Below, one piece after another: positions 16,332 to 26,798 of a DNA stretch of 32,000 nucleotides (the first letter of the stretch is position 1; each line of letters starts with the position of its first letter). A model generated the notes under the pieces. It had not been told where the DNA came from. It made no database searches and saw nothing but the letters and a program-made list of their open reading frames with translations. The stretch comes from an uncultured archaeon (GTDB lineage Archaea > Asgardarchaeota > Thorarchaeia > Thorarchaeales > Thorarchaeaceae). The stretch covers positions 260 through 32,259 of the forward strand of contig CAZYLT010000022.1 of NCBI GenBank assembly GCA_964648855.1, in the 5' to 3' direction. Made by a program: the position numbers and the translations under genes.

Positions 16332-17081
16332 TTGATCATGAAAAGCAGGACGACTAAGAATTATGTGGTATTGGGCATTGTATCAGTTCTGATACTGCAG
16401 GTATGTGTACTTCCAGCGGTCGCATTGCGACATTGGTGGGGCGTTGAAGATGGCGATGAATTCGAATTTGAGTTGTATGTCAAGTCTTCAGGCTATACTG
16501 AAATAGATGATGAGGTTCTGCTCAGGGTTACAAACACACCCAATCTCACAGACACATACAGCTCTATCAGTAGAATTCCAATTCTCGAAGTTGAACAATC
16601 CTTTCTGAATGGCACACAGCTCAATCTTGATGGGCCTTGGAACAAGGCACTGGAGCACTTAGCCTATCCGGTGGGCGACTGGTGGCTGCTTTCTACCTAC
16701 ATCGAAGATGAAGATATGGTGGATTACGACATCATTGAGGACAGTGACTTTTGGGGGTACGAATGGAGAAACATTTTCGAAATCAGCGTTACCACTGTAC
16801 AAGCGTCACTTCGAGCAGTATATCTCAAAGAAGATGGGTTCTTGTCACACTATGTTTATAGGTTATTCAACACGGACACCAATGAAACGTTAGAGTATCG
16901 AGAAGCATCGAGAATGAATATCGTGCTTGGTATTGACAGGGTACTGACTACCATGGGCCCTCCTCTAGCAATCACTACGATTGCTCTTACAATCTTGTTA
17001 GTGGCATATAGATTTAGATCTCGATTATTAAAGAACAAGGATAGGGATATGCAGAAGAAACATAGTCCTCTAGTTAGTTAG
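16332..17081 (+). CDS. Secreted, C-terminally membrane-anchored protein, paralog 2
   Basis: Signal peptide. WGVEDGDEFEF, YPVGDW and YLKEDGFLSHY match LPVGNF and YSTSDGFLAEY of paralog 1. C-terminal TM + basic tail. Confidence 0.8.
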   Translation: MIMKSRTTKNYVVLGIVSVLILQVCVLPAVALRHWWGVEDGDEFEFELYVKSSGYTEIDDEVLLRVTNTPNLTDTYSSISRIPILEVEQSFLNGTQLNLDGPWNKALEHLAYPVGDWWLLSTYIEDEDMVDYDIIEDSDFWGYEWRNIFEISVTTVQASLRAVYLKEDGFLSHYVYRLFNTDTNETLEYREASRMNIVLGIDRVLTTMGPPLAITTIALTILLVAYRFRSRLLKNKDRDMQKKHSPLVS

Positions 17082-18710
17082 TAATCTAGGCACTGCACTT
17101 CTAGCAAAGAAGAGCTCCACAACAACTAAAACGCCCTGAATTCCTAGCCCAACTACTATCTGACTTGTGAGAAATATTCCTAATAGCAATCCAAGCAGAG
17201 GTATTAGTCCAACTGCAGATGCAACCATGATTGCAATCAGTGTTGCTTTTTGATTATTCACAGGGTTGACGGCAACTGTCCTCCCTCCACCAACAATTCG
17301 AAATAGGATACCACCTACTATCAATGCAAGTCCATATCCAAGAGGAACCTGGATAACTGGAATGAGAATCGCAAATGGAGTAAAGGGAGTGCCTACTAAG
17401 AAGAGGACTGACACAACGACCATGAAGAAAGTGTACGTAGCCGTAAATAATGTGGCCTTAGCTTTGAGGTTCATCATGCTACTCAAGGGGAGCCCATCAT
17501 AAACCGAAGCACCTTGAGTATCTACTCCCAGCAGACCTGTCACACTGATTCCTGAGAAGCTTTGCACCATGACCATGAGGGTTAGAATTGTTGCCAAACT
17601 GACTGTGCCCCCAGCAACTTGGGCAAACGTTGGTATCCAAGCCACTAGCATGATCAGTGGAAATATCATGATGGCTAGAGACCCCAAGTCGCGCGTTGCC
17701 AATCTGATGTCTTTCCTTATAATTGCCAATATGGGAGTAGAAATCTTTAGTGGCCTCCCCATCGACTCATAGTCAATAGTGGTTTCGATTCCCCCTAGTA
17801 CTGTTCGTCTCAACTCTCTTCTGGCTATCCGATAGCCGCGAATTGCGAATACGGAGTACAACGCAGTAGAGCAGATCGAGAGCAATGCAATTCCCGCTGA
17901 AACTAAGAAGCCGTATGTTGCAATTCCCGTTAGCAATCCCATATTGAATGGGAATAGAACACTGAACAACACGTTGACCGCAATGCCGTACTGATGCGAT
18001 AGACTGGTGAGGATATCAACCAAGGTGGGCAAGTAATTCCCAACCGAATAGACAGCAATGAATCCTACCAAGAGCATAGCTCCCGCCAGCACCCGCACAA
18101 CTGTGGACATGATAGACCCGGGTTGTTCAAGTGATTTCTTGTGATACCATTTGGCGACGAGTATGAGAGTTGTGAATGAAGCTAGCACTGTTACCAGACA
18201 AGAGAAGAATGCAGCTATACTTGCAACAGGGCCCATAAATATCAAGAAACCCAAAGGGAAGACCGTTAGAATGGCGATAGATGGTCCTGCAAAGGTACGC
18301 ATGAATGCAAGAAAGATAACGTCCTCAAGGTCTTCTTTTGAAATGGGCAACATGCCAGGAAACGAAGCAACCCCTGACATAAAGAAACCAGATGTTCCTA
18401 ATAGATTCAGGAAGAATACCAAGACAAAGCTAAGCAGAAGAAAGGAACCGAAGCTGACTGTCAAGGAAATTAATGGGGATTGAGCTGGGTCATCAAATAG
18501 AATGAGAGCAATTGATATCGCAGCGATGGTGACAACCAGAAAGGTTGTAAAAACCATACTAATCGTGCTACCTCTCTTTGCCCTGCTCATAATCCGTTCA
18601 GGATCTTCTTTAGCTCTTGCACGAAAGGATGGGTTAGAATTTAGTTGAGATCTGAATCTCGCTTCGCGTATGATAGTGCCTGCAAGTTTCCATTTCTTGC
18701 TGAAATTCAT
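17070..18710 (-). CDS. ABC-2-type exporter permease (multi-TM)
   Basis: About 14 TM helices, AIIRKDIRLATRD motif and LPIS/LPLS motifs. Overlaps the ATPase stop. Confidence 0.85.
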   Translation of the reverse strand: MNFSKKWKLAGTIIREARFRSQLNSNPSFRARAKEDPERIMSRAKRGSTISMVFTTFLVVTIAAISIALILFDDPAQSPLISLTVSFGSFLLLSFVLVFFLNLLGTSGFFMSGVASFPGMLPISKEDLEDVIFLAFMRTFAGPSIAILTVFPLGFLIFMGPVASIAAFFSCLVTVLASFTTLILVAKWYHKKSLEQPGSIMSTVVRVLAGAMLLVGFIAVYSVGNYLPTLVDILTSLSHQYGIAVNVLFSVLFPFNMGLLTGIATYGFLVSAGIALLSICSTALYSVFAIRGYRIARRELRRTVLGGIETTIDYESMGRPLKISTPILAIIRKDIRLATRDLGSLAIMIFPLIMLVAWIPTFAQVAGGTVSLATILTLMVMVQSFSGISVTGLLGVDTQGASVYDGLPLSSMMNLKAKATLFTATYTFFMVVVSVLFLVGTPFTPFAILIPVIQVPLGYGLALIVGGILFRIVGGGRTVAVNPVNNQKATLIAIMVASAVGLIPLLGLLLGIFLTSQIVVGLGIQGVLVVVELFFARSAVPRLLTN

Positions 18711-19504
18711 CCAGATAGAGCCCCCCTCAGGCTATCTACACCTTCAGTGACCTCATCTACCTGTTCAGTTAGTTTCAAGAATAGTTGTTCTAGAGTAGCA
18801 CTCTCTTCTTTTGCTTGTTCTCTCAATTCTTCCAGAGTACCATCTGCAATGATCTTTCCATGATCAATGATGCCAACTCTATCACAGAGTGCTTGAGCAA
18901 CCTCCATTATGTGCGTACTCAAGAGAACCGAACCGCCATTCTCCACATGGATTTGTATTGCATCTTTTAGGATTCTGACAACTCTTGCGTCGAGTCCTGA
19001 GAAAGGTTCATCCAAGATCAAGAGCTTCGGGCGGTGGATGAGTGCTGTCATCAACAGGCATTTCTGTTTGTTGCCCGATGAAAGGGTCACAATCATTTTG
19101 TCCATGTTATCGGTAAAATCCAAAGCTTTGGCGATATCTGCAACTCTCGAGTTGACCGAGTCCTCTGGAAGCTCTCTTACCGATGCAATGAATTCGAACA
19201 ATTCTCTCGGCGTCAGTGACTCGTATAGAACAGTTTCCTCTGGAACGTATCCAACGACTGACTTCACCTCAACAGGATTCTGCAGACTGTCCACGCCCAT
19301 AACGGAAGCAATACCTGAATCGGGGTCTAAAAGGCCCATGATCACCTTTAGTGTTGTAGTTTTTCCCGCTCCGTTTGGCCCTAAGAGACCGTATATTTCT
19401 CCATCCTTCACTATTAGGGAGATATCATCAACAGCCACGACATCTCCGAATGTCTTCGTTAGACCGGTTATCTCAACCGCAGCCAATTCCTTGTCACCCA
19501 TCAC
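18707..19504 (-). CDS. ABC transporter ATP-binding protein
   Basis: GPNGAGKTT, LSSGNKQ signature, LLILDEP, STH switch. Confidence 0.95.
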   Translation of the reverse strand: MMGDKELAAVEITGLTKTFGDVVAVDDISLIVKDGEIYGLLGPNGAGKTTTLKVIMGLLDPDSGIASVMGVDSLQNPVEVKSVVGYVPEETVLYESLTPRELFEFIASVRELPEDSVNSRVADIAKALDFTDNMDKMIVTLSSGNKQKCLLMTALIHRPKLLILDEPFSGLDARVVRILKDAIQIHVENGGSVLLSTHIMEVAQALCDRVGIIDHGKIIADGTLEELREQAKEESATLEQLFLKLTEQVDEVTEGVDSLRGALSG

Positions 19505-19594
19505 TTTAGTGTCAGTTGAAGTATAGTCTATTTATGTCGTGTCTTGCACGCAGAACGCATTCATTGCAGACGCCAAATACGGAAATATGCCCAA

Positions 19595-20920
19595 TCACTT
19601 GAGCCTTTTCCACAGTGATTTCGCAGACTCGCGGGATAATCTGCTGACCTCTTCATCTGATATTCGTTGGAGCTTCCGATTTTTCAATACAACTTCTCCA
19701 TTGACCAGTACATCTCTTACATCGCGCCCGGAGAATGTATTTACAAGATGTCCGATGATACTGTTTGATGTAATTGGTGTGGGAACCCTCGTGGCATCAA
19801 GAATGACAATATCCGCTAATTTACCCGGCTTGAGACTGCCAATTTTATCCTCCAGTCCATAGCATCTTGCTCCTCCCATGGTGGCCATTTCAAAGACCTC
19901 TTTCTCCCCAATAATACTTGGATTGCGGTTTGCTAATCGATGAACTGTCAGTGCATATCTCATGTTTTCGAATGGGTCATAGATCCAGCCATCATTACCT
20001 AGTCCTACAGTAATTCCCTTTTGTAGCATTTTAGGCACCGGAGCCGTTCCTACTGCGTTCAGCATATTGCTCATTGGATTGTGAGCTATTGATGCTCCTG
20101 ACTCCGCGACCAAGTCCAGTTCATGCTCATTAACATGAACGCAATGAGCAAGAATCGCATGCTTACCGAGGACTCCTAATCGGTCCAATCTCTCTATCGT
20201 TCGCTCTCCATATTTTTCCAGATTATGATAGAGGTCGACGAGCCCCTCTGAAGTATGGATTGTTATTGGAACATCTACCTTCTTTGCGGCATCCACTGTT
20301 TTCTTTACCATATCATCGTCAACTGTAAATGATGCATGAAGGCTCATCATGGTGGAGGTTAATCCACTGTGTCCCTTGTTCTCCTGAATGAAACGTATAC
20401 TCTCTTCAAGTCCTCTCTCCGCCTCCTCGTGGTCATGACGCTCTGTCATTTCGAAAGCCAGCATTGAGCGAATACCAATCTTCTCAGTCCCTTTTGAGAC
20501 AGCGTCTAGGCTGTTTTCAATCGCGTTGGGACCAGAGTAGGTGTCAGCAAAGAATGTACTACCATTTCTTAGCATATCAGCAGATGCAGATAGCGCACTT
20601 GCTTCAGCGTCGTTCAGGTCCAACGCTTCATCAACGGGCCACCACACTCGTTGCAGAATCTGGGCAAAATCAGTTGGAGGTTCAATATTCAAGGAAGCGC
20701 CACGAAGAAGTATTCCATAGAGATGTGTGTGCGCAGTAATGAGACCCGGAATGACAATACAACCGCCTGCATCAATCTTATTATCTGCAGGTTTGCCTTC
20801 CCCCTCTCCGAGCTCTGTTATCTTTTGATCTTCTATTCGGATATATCCGTTCTTGATGATGCCTTGCTTTTTGTCCGCACTAACGATAAATGCGTTTTCA
20901 ATTGTTGTGATTTTGCTCAA
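19595..20920 (-). CDS. Amidohydrolase_1 family deaminase (SsnA / MTA-SAH deaminase-like)
   Basis: PGLITAHTHLY, HTSEG, AHCVH, HNPMSN, GNDG, GSLKPGKLAD. SD GGAGGT upstream. Confidence 0.9.
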   Translation of the reverse strand: MSKITTIENAFIVSADKKQGIIKNGYIRIEDQKITELGEGEGKPADNKIDAGGCIVIPGLITAHTHLYGILLRGASLNIEPPTDFAQILQRVWWPVDEALDLNDAEASALSASADMLRNGSTFFADTYSGPNAIENSLDAVSKGTEKIGIRSMLAFEMTERHDHEEAERGLEESIRFIQENKGHSGLTSTMMSLHASFTVDDDMVKKTVDAAKKVDVPITIHTSEGLVDLYHNLEKYGERTIERLDRLGVLGKHAILAHCVHVNEHELDLVAESGASIAHNPMSNMLNAVGTAPVPKMLQKGITVGLGNDGWIYDPFENMRYALTVHRLANRNPSIIGEKEVFEMATMGGARCYGLEDKIGSLKPGKLADIVILDATRVPTPITSNSIIGHLVNTFSGRDVRDVLVNGEVVLKNRKLQRISDEEVSRLSRESAKSLWKRLK

Positions 20921-20969
20921 AACTTTTGACCTCCATGGCCTTCTTCATCTGTTTTCACATAGCAGGCTG

Positions 20970-22448
20970 TCAGAGCTCCATATCTACTCGACGGACAGCT
21001 CCTTTTTTGGACCGGTATACAGTTCCCTCTCTTTCCAGCGTTTCCAATGCCTCCTCGAGCTCTTCTTCCGTAAGATTCACCTTAGTTGCATTCTTGTGTA
21101 AATCCTCAAGAGTAACGTCGCTATCCTGGCCGCCTGATAGATACTTTAGAAGACTCATAAATCGCTCTGTTTCTGATACGTCATCATCCACTATCAGTTT
21201 GAATTGTGTCGTTGATGCGGTTTTGTCTGCTTCCTGTCTAACATTAACCGATTCCTTTGCCTTCAATAGAGCACTCAGGAGACCTGCTTGTTCTGAGCTA
21301 TCAGTTTCGGTTTCTTTCTCTGGAGGTGCAATATCTGCGAGACTGACACCCCCTTGCTGATCGTCTTCCTCCTCCATGTACGGAATCGGATGCTCTTCAA
21401 CGTCAACACCCATCCATTCAGTATCAATGTCTGGATTGTTCTTAGCCGCTTCCAAGAGACGAGGTCGAAACTCTTTCATTATTCTGTCTCTCTGTTCCGC
21501 CAAATCTTCGCCATCACAGGGCACATGAGCCAAATTTAACAGAGTACGCTCTGCCTGTCCTCTAACGCGGATATGAGAGTCATTTGCAAAATAATCGATA
21601 ATCTTCAACAGACTTGTCAATCTTGAATTGGCAATGTTAACCTCTTCTAAGAGCGCTTGCTTAACCCTCCAGTCTGGGTCTGACACTATCTCCATGACGA
21701 TGCCTGCTGCTGAACTGATACCAACCTTTCCAATTGCTCTGGAAACTTTGGCTCGCGTCTGCCAGTCACCAGAAGATAAGAATGGTGCGAGATATCCTAT
21801 GGTAGACTGGTCAACAACTCCACAAATATACTCAAGCAACTCAGGTTTCCTTTGTGCCGCCTTTTTGGCGAGTGTCTTGAGCATTCTCTTGCCTGTGCTC
21901 TCTTTGAATGACAGAATCTTAGGAACTGAACCATAGGAAACAGTCTCTGTTTCCTTTCTAATCTTATCGCCGACCCAACGTGCGCCTCTTCTGCCAAGAT
22001 GAGCCATTATCCCAAAGACTGTAGCTTGATGCTCATGCCCGACTTCATCGAGCACCCCAACCCATCTCTTTTGTTCTGACGATGAAACTGGTCCTCCCGT
22101 TCTGCTAAATGCTTCCTCCACGCTCTGAAGCACTTGTTCTCTTTCAGCAGGGTTTATGGCTTCAAGAGCCTCAAATAGTGATGGAATATAAGACCCGAAA
22201 GCGTGCATTGCTGCAAATCTGAAATTGAGTTTCCTCAGTGTTAAGTCATCAACATCCAGTATGCTCATTATCTTTGGCAGAAGTGAGCGTGCCGCTCGGT
22301 GTTGCATTAATTCTCCGGCTGCTGTGTATGCAACTCCAAGGTCTGGCGAATCCAGTGAGCTGGATATAGCTCTCAGCTCTCTCAAGCCTTCAAGCTCCTT
22401 CCTCTTCGCCTTTTCCTCTCCTTTCTTCGTCATTATACTCCGACTCAT
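20970..22448 (-). CDS. HEAT-repeat protein with acidic linker and C-terminal winged helix
   Basis: Repeats LSSGDWQTRAKV, VSDPDWRVKQAL, ANDSHIRVRGQA. C-terminal EEALETLEREGTVYRSKKGAVR. Confidence 0.8.
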   Translation of the reverse strand: MSRSIMTKKGEEKAKRKELEGLRELRAISSSLDSPDLGVAYTAAGELMQHRAARSLLPKIMSILDVDDLTLRKLNFRFAAMHAFGSYIPSLFEALEAINPAEREQVLQSVEEAFSRTGGPVSSSEQKRWVGVLDEVGHEHQATVFGIMAHLGRRGARWVGDKIRKETETVSYGSVPKILSFKESTGKRMLKTLAKKAAQRKPELLEYICGVVDQSTIGYLAPFLSSGDWQTRAKVSRAIGKVGISSAAGIVMEIVSDPDWRVKQALLEEVNIANSRLTSLLKIIDYFANDSHIRVRGQAERTLLNLAHVPCDGEDLAEQRDRIMKEFRPRLLEAAKNNPDIDTEWMGVDVEEHPIPYMEEEDDQQGGVSLADIAPPEKETETDSSEQAGLLSALLKAKESVNVRQEADKTASTTQFKLIVDDDVSETERFMSLLKYLSGGQDSDVTLEDLHKNATKVNLTEEELEEALETLEREGTVYRSKKGAVRRVDMEL

Positions 22449-22487
22449 GTGATTACGGCTAGGGCATTATGTATTCTTCTTGCTATT

Positions 22488-23372
22488 CTACCCCTTATTC
22501 TTTTTCTCTGATTCCTGTAGTGCTTCCTCTTCCATGAGATAGCCGGTTAGATTTTCCTGGTCTTCATTACCTTGTCTTTTTGATGCCTTTTTAGCATCCT
22601 CTGATTCATCGATATCCACAGCTTCACCATCTAGAGAGAGTTGCTCGGTATCTTCTATGTCCGGCATGCCAATATCATCCGACAGCTCAATCTCTAGGAG
22701 GTAATGGTCATATGCCTCCTTAACCCGCGAGGCCTCGTCGCTTTTAGCATCGACTTCCTTTGTATCAATGCGTAAATCACGAAGAATTTTCTTACCCAAC
22801 ACAGTATGCGAGAGCTTCTTTACCGAAATCTTACCTTGCTTGACCGAGGGCTTAGCTTTTCGATAATTCTCAATTTGAGCTTCACGTACTTTTCCTGTTA
22901 GATATCCCAGGCCGTCTCTCTTGAGTTCACTTGGAACAAGATGACCGACTCTACTCTTCTCGATGAGACTCTTAGCCTGTTCGGCAAGAAACTCCCTGGC
23001 ATTTTTTCTTCCATCCTTGCTGTTTTCTTCCTTGAGCATTATATCGAGAATATCTCTTGTAGGCACCTCAACCGCCGTGCTCAAAGATAACATGCCTAGG
23101 TAGGACAAGACACCGGCTCGGATTTGCATTAGACATTCGGTCAGCATTCCATCATCAGAATCTTCAAAATTTCGTACTGCTATACTATCAATCCTATGCA
23201 AAGGACTCTCGTTCTTGTCCTTCCAGAAACCATTGAATGTTTGAGAAAGTGCGACGAAGTCTCCTCTATTAGCAAGATCTAGAACTTTCTTTAGAAAAGC
23301 CTCATCTTTTTTTCTTGACCACCCGGACGAACCCAGATTATTCAACCTCCGGCTATTAGAGCTACTACTCAA
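22488..23372 (-). CDS. Hypothetical protein with acidic C-terminal tail
   Basis: 294-aa ORF co-oriented with the HEAT gene; no family recognised. Confidence 0.75.
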   Translation of the reverse strand: MSSSSNSRRLNNLGSSGWSRKKDEAFLKKVLDLANRGDFVALSQTFNGFWKDKNESPLHRIDSIAVRNFEDSDDGMLTECLMQIRAGVLSYLGMLSLSTAVEVPTRDILDIMLKEENSKDGRKNAREFLAEQAKSLIEKSRVGHLVPSELKRDGLGYLTGKVREAQIENYRKAKPSVKQGKISVKKLSHTVLGKKILRDLRIDTKEVDAKSDEASRVKEAYDHYLLEIELSDDIGMPDIEDTEQLSLDGEAVDIDESEDAKKASKRQGNEDQENLTGYLMEEEALQESEKKNKG

Positions 23373-23545
23373 TTACTCGGGTATTTCTAAGTAACATACG
23401 CTGAGTCATTTGGATATTGCTATTGGAGAGCAATCAGTCTCTTCGATTTGTAGCTCTGCTACACAAGCCATCGCTGTGCAGCATAGCTAATGTGTGTTTC
23501 TGCTTTCGAAACCAGAACCCTCAACAACCGCGTCATACCACTTCT

Positions 23546-24748
23546 CTAGAAGAATGTTGGTTGGTCCTCACTGACTCCTTTGGGCGCTTCCATGTCCTTT
23601 GTTTCTTTTGGCGACAACAATTCGATCAGGTCATATTTCCTTGTTCCCATCTTAAGGTTCTCTGCATATTTTGTCACCAAGTAGGGGGTTTTCATTGGGC
23701 CATGTATGCGTGCAAATGGATGAAGGTCAGCTTCTGGGTCTAGGTTTACATTTCTAAAGAAGGGCGGGACCATGCTCTCAATCAGTCCCTCCTTTGCAAT
23801 CAAGTCAAGAGTAGCTTGCTCAATTGCAACAATGTCCCGGCTTCCCAGAATCCCGATATCATTCACGATGGCCGGCTGTGCAATGCCCCAGCAATCACAT
23901 AGGGCGGTGATGTCCAGCAAGAAATTCAGGTAGAATCTCTTGTCCTCATCAAAGGTATTTACTATTTCATTGGCACCCTTAGCCATTAACTCTTGAAACA
24001 ATGCGAAGTTCGCAGGTCCGAAATGCAGGCAGTCCGTTCCCTGATCTGCGTCAATGCACTCCATACACTGGTTGCACATGCCAAAGGAAATTGTCAATTC
24101 GTGTTTTTCCTCATCATATTTTATGTGCCCCTCAGGACATGCCTCAACCAGCTCTTTTGCATGTTCAGGACTGCATTTATCGGCATCCCAGTATTGTATG
24201 CTGTCTTCTACGCCATGGATTTTCTTCCATCTACTAGGCCCAGTATATCCACCAAGAGCTATGTTCTTGATAGCTCCGCCATAGCCACAGGTATTGTGTC
24301 CTTTAGCATGGCTCAAATCGATGAGAACGTCAGCATCACGCAGAACTCCTGCAATTGAGAGCGTGTCTACGTTGTGGAAATCAAACTCGCGTTGCTCATG
24401 ATAACCGTCTTTTACACCCGCAACAGGTATCAAAGGACATCCAAGGGTTTCTGAGGTGTAGCCCCGTTCAGCTGCGTTATAAACGGCTGTTGGATTGTCC
24501 GTCACAAAGGGATAGCCTCCAGCTTCCTTCACAACTTTTACGACTCTTCTCACGAAAAATACTGGGACGGTCTGGTAGCCATCTCTGAAGCCTAGATGCA
24601 TCTTGATTGCAACTTTGTCCTTCTTTTCAATGGTAGAAAAATCCAGATGCTCGATTATTTTATCGAGTTTTGCACTCATTGATGCGAATCTGCCAGCGTT
24701 CCCATGTTGGATCGACCCAAAGTAAACCTTTGATGCTCCATCTGTCAT
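23546..24748 (-). CDS. DUF362-domain iron-sulfur protein
   Basis: SKVYF, VAIKMHLG, SHAKGH..GYGGAIKNIALG, ferredoxin-like Cys motifs (CPEG, CNQCMEC), CDC, DIGILGSRDIVAIEQA. Confidence 0.88.
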   Translation of the reverse strand: MTDGASKVYFGSIQHGNAGRFASMSAKLDKIIEHLDFSTIEKKDKVAIKMHLGFRDGYQTVPVFFVRRVVKVVKEAGGYPFVTDNPTAVYNAAERGYTSETLGCPLIPVAGVKDGYHEQREFDFHNVDTLSIAGVLRDADVLIDLSHAKGHNTCGYGGAIKNIALGGYTGPSRWKKIHGVEDSIQYWDADKCSPEHAKELVEACPEGHIKYDEEKHELTISFGMCNQCMECIDADQGTDCLHFGPANFALFQELMAKGANEIVNTFDEDKRFYLNFLLDITALCDCWGIAQPAIVNDIGILGSRDIVAIEQATLDLIAKEGLIESMVPPFFRNVNLDPEADLHPFARIHGPMKTPYLVTKYAENLKMGTRKYDLIELLSPKETKDMEAPKGVSEDQPTFF

Positions 24749-24905
24749 ATCAATACCAATGAGCTAAGAAATAAAACGGTTGTGAATCCCTCTTCGAGAA
24801 CCACCCCTAGACTTTATCTTGTACAATAATGTTAATTGGCAAAAGCAGTCCAGCTGAGTTAACTTGTGAAGAGGTATCGGCATACTGAACGAGAGTGATG
24901 AAGGG

Positions 24906-25856
24906 ATGATAGCATTTAGTGAGATTATGTGCAATAAAACGGGATCCAAATTAAGAGGACTGACTCACACGACACTTCAAGTAAATGTGGGAAACCGATG
25001 CAATCAGCTTTGCTACCATTGCCATGTGAAAGCAACACCCGAAAGCGAAAATGTGATGTCTTGGAAAACAATGGAAAGTATTCTCAAAGTTGCGGGTGAA
25101 GTCAAGCCAGAACTTTTTGATATAACTGGCGGAGCGCCTGAGTTGAACCCCTTCTTGCCTCGGTTTCTGAAGAGCCTATCAAATCAAGAACATGATGTCC
25201 AAGTCCGCACGAATCTGACTGTATTACAAGACCCTGGTATGGACGAAATGATGGATTTGTATAAAGAACTTCAAATCCGATTGGTCGCGTCATTGCCTTG
25301 CTATCTAGAAGAAGATGTGGATCATCAGCGAGGAGAGGGCGTATTCAAAGACAGCATTGAAATTCTGTGGAAACTCAATGAACTAGGATATGGTCTGGAA
25401 TCTGAACTAGAACTTGACCTCGTATTCAACCCAGAAGGCCCCTTTCTGCCTCCTGAACAGTCACAGCTGGAGGCAACCTACAAAGAGGTTCTATTGAACG
25501 AATATAATATTCATTTCAATAATCTATTAACCATAACCAACATGCCAATCGGTCGGTTTCAGGAATGGTTGGAGGAGCAGGGTAATGCCACAGAATATCA
25601 AGAGCTACTAGTTAGCGCATTCAATGCTTCAACTCTCGATAGGCTGATGTGTAGGCATCAGATATGCGTTGGATGGGATGGACTCCTGTACGATTGTGAC
25701 TTCAATCTCGCTTTGGGACTTCCTGTTGTAACAACACCTAATCGTGTAACACACTTTGATGCAATTTCACATCGGAATCGTGAAATTGTCACGGGCCCAC
25801 ATTGTTTTGGCTGTACAGCTGGAAGTGGCTCCTCATGTTCGGGCGCTTTGGAGTAA
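24906..25856 (+). CDS. arsS: Radical SAM/Cys-rich protein, ArsS (TIGR04167/DUF3641) family
   Basis: TLQVNVGNRCNQLCYHCHV (CX3CX2C), DITGGAPELNP, ASLPCY, LMCR, YDCDFN, HCFGCTAGSGSSCSGAL. Confidence 0.88.
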   Translation: MIAFSEIMCNKTGSKLRGLTHTTLQVNVGNRCNQLCYHCHVKATPESENVMSWKTMESILKVAGEVKPELFDITGGAPELNPFLPRFLKSLSNQEHDVQVRTNLTVLQDPGMDEMMDLYKELQIRLVASLPCYLEEDVDHQRGEGVFKDSIEILWKLNELGYGLESELELDLVFNPEGPFLPPEQSQLEATYKEVLLNEYNIHFNNLLTITNMPIGRFQEWLEEQGNATEYQELLVSAFNASTLDRLMCRHQICVGWDGLLYDCDFNLALGLPVVTTPNRVTHFDAISHRNREIVTGPHCFGCTAGSGSSCSGALE

Positions 25857-25896
25857 AACGGATACTCATTTCGGCGCAACTAAGGATTGAAACGAA

Positions 25897-26583
25897 ATGG
25901 TATTCCGTGCTGCGATATTCCTGATGATGAAGTATCCTAAGGCAGGTGCGGTGAAGTCGCGCTTGGCTCAATCGATAGGAGAAGAGGCTGCTGCTCATCT
26001 GTATCGAGTCTTCATACAAGACACCTTGGCTTTGATTCGTTCTGTTGACACACCCTATTACATAGCCGTGTATCCCCCTGATTCCATCCAGGAATTTGGC
26101 AAATTGCTGGGCGGAACATATCGTTTCATGCCACAGAGAGGGGCACATTTGGGGGAGCGACTCCATAATGGCTTCGTAGACATGTTTGCGAAGGGGTATG
26201 ACCAAGTCATTGCTCTAGCCAGCGACAGCCCAGACCTCCCCTCTAAAATTCTCAAGACTGCCCTTTCTAGCCTTAAGGACCAAGAAGTTGTGATAGGACC
26301 GGCACTGGATGGCGGATACTACTTACTTGGATTCTCGCAAAAGGGCTTTATCTCTAATGCCTTTGAGAATATACCGTGGAGCACAGAAAAGGTATTTCGT
26401 GAGACTCTATTACGAATCAAGTCTGTTACGAATCAAATCCATGTCCTACCTAAATGGACAGATATCGATACTATGAGTGAGCTTCGATTCTTCTATGAAA
26501 AGCACCGAATAAATCAAACAACTCTTGAGACAATGAAATACCTCAGTAGTCATCCTGGACTCCTTGAGGGTGCACGCAAATGA
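25897..26583 (+). CDS. TIGR04282/DUF2064-family glycosyltransferase-like protein
   Basis: KYPKAGAVKSRLA, QRGAHLGERL, SDSPDLP, GPALDGGYYLLG, IPWST, DIDT. Confidence 0.9.
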   Translation: MVFRAAIFLMMKYPKAGAVKSRLAQSIGEEAAAHLYRVFIQDTLALIRSVDTPYYIAVYPPDSIQEFGKLLGGTYRFMPQRGAHLGERLHNGFVDMFAKGYDQVIALASDSPDLPSKILKTALSSLKDQEVVIGPALDGGYYLLGFSQKGFISNAFENIPWSTEKVFRETLLRIKSVTNQIHVLPKWTDIDTMSELRFFYEKHRINQTTLETMKYLSSHPGLLEGARK

Positions 26584-26798
26584 ATCTTGCAGGATGCGAA
26601 TGCGATTCTTGTTTCTGCGGTATGGTTCCTTTGAGATTGACCAACATGGCGAGCCAGTTTTGATTTAATCATCTGACAAGGTCTAATCCTCACTTCAAGG
26701 CGGATAAATTCAGCCTTGGAATAACGAATGTATTAATATTGCTTTCATCTGACTGCATTTACATGTCCACGACTGAGTGGTAGAAGGCGATTTGAGTT

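Noticed and set aside
26584-26798. Hidden selenoprotein or SECIS between the two transferase genes
   Set aside because: Frames I translated gave no convincing UGA-containing ORF, and no SECIS-like hairpin was seen.
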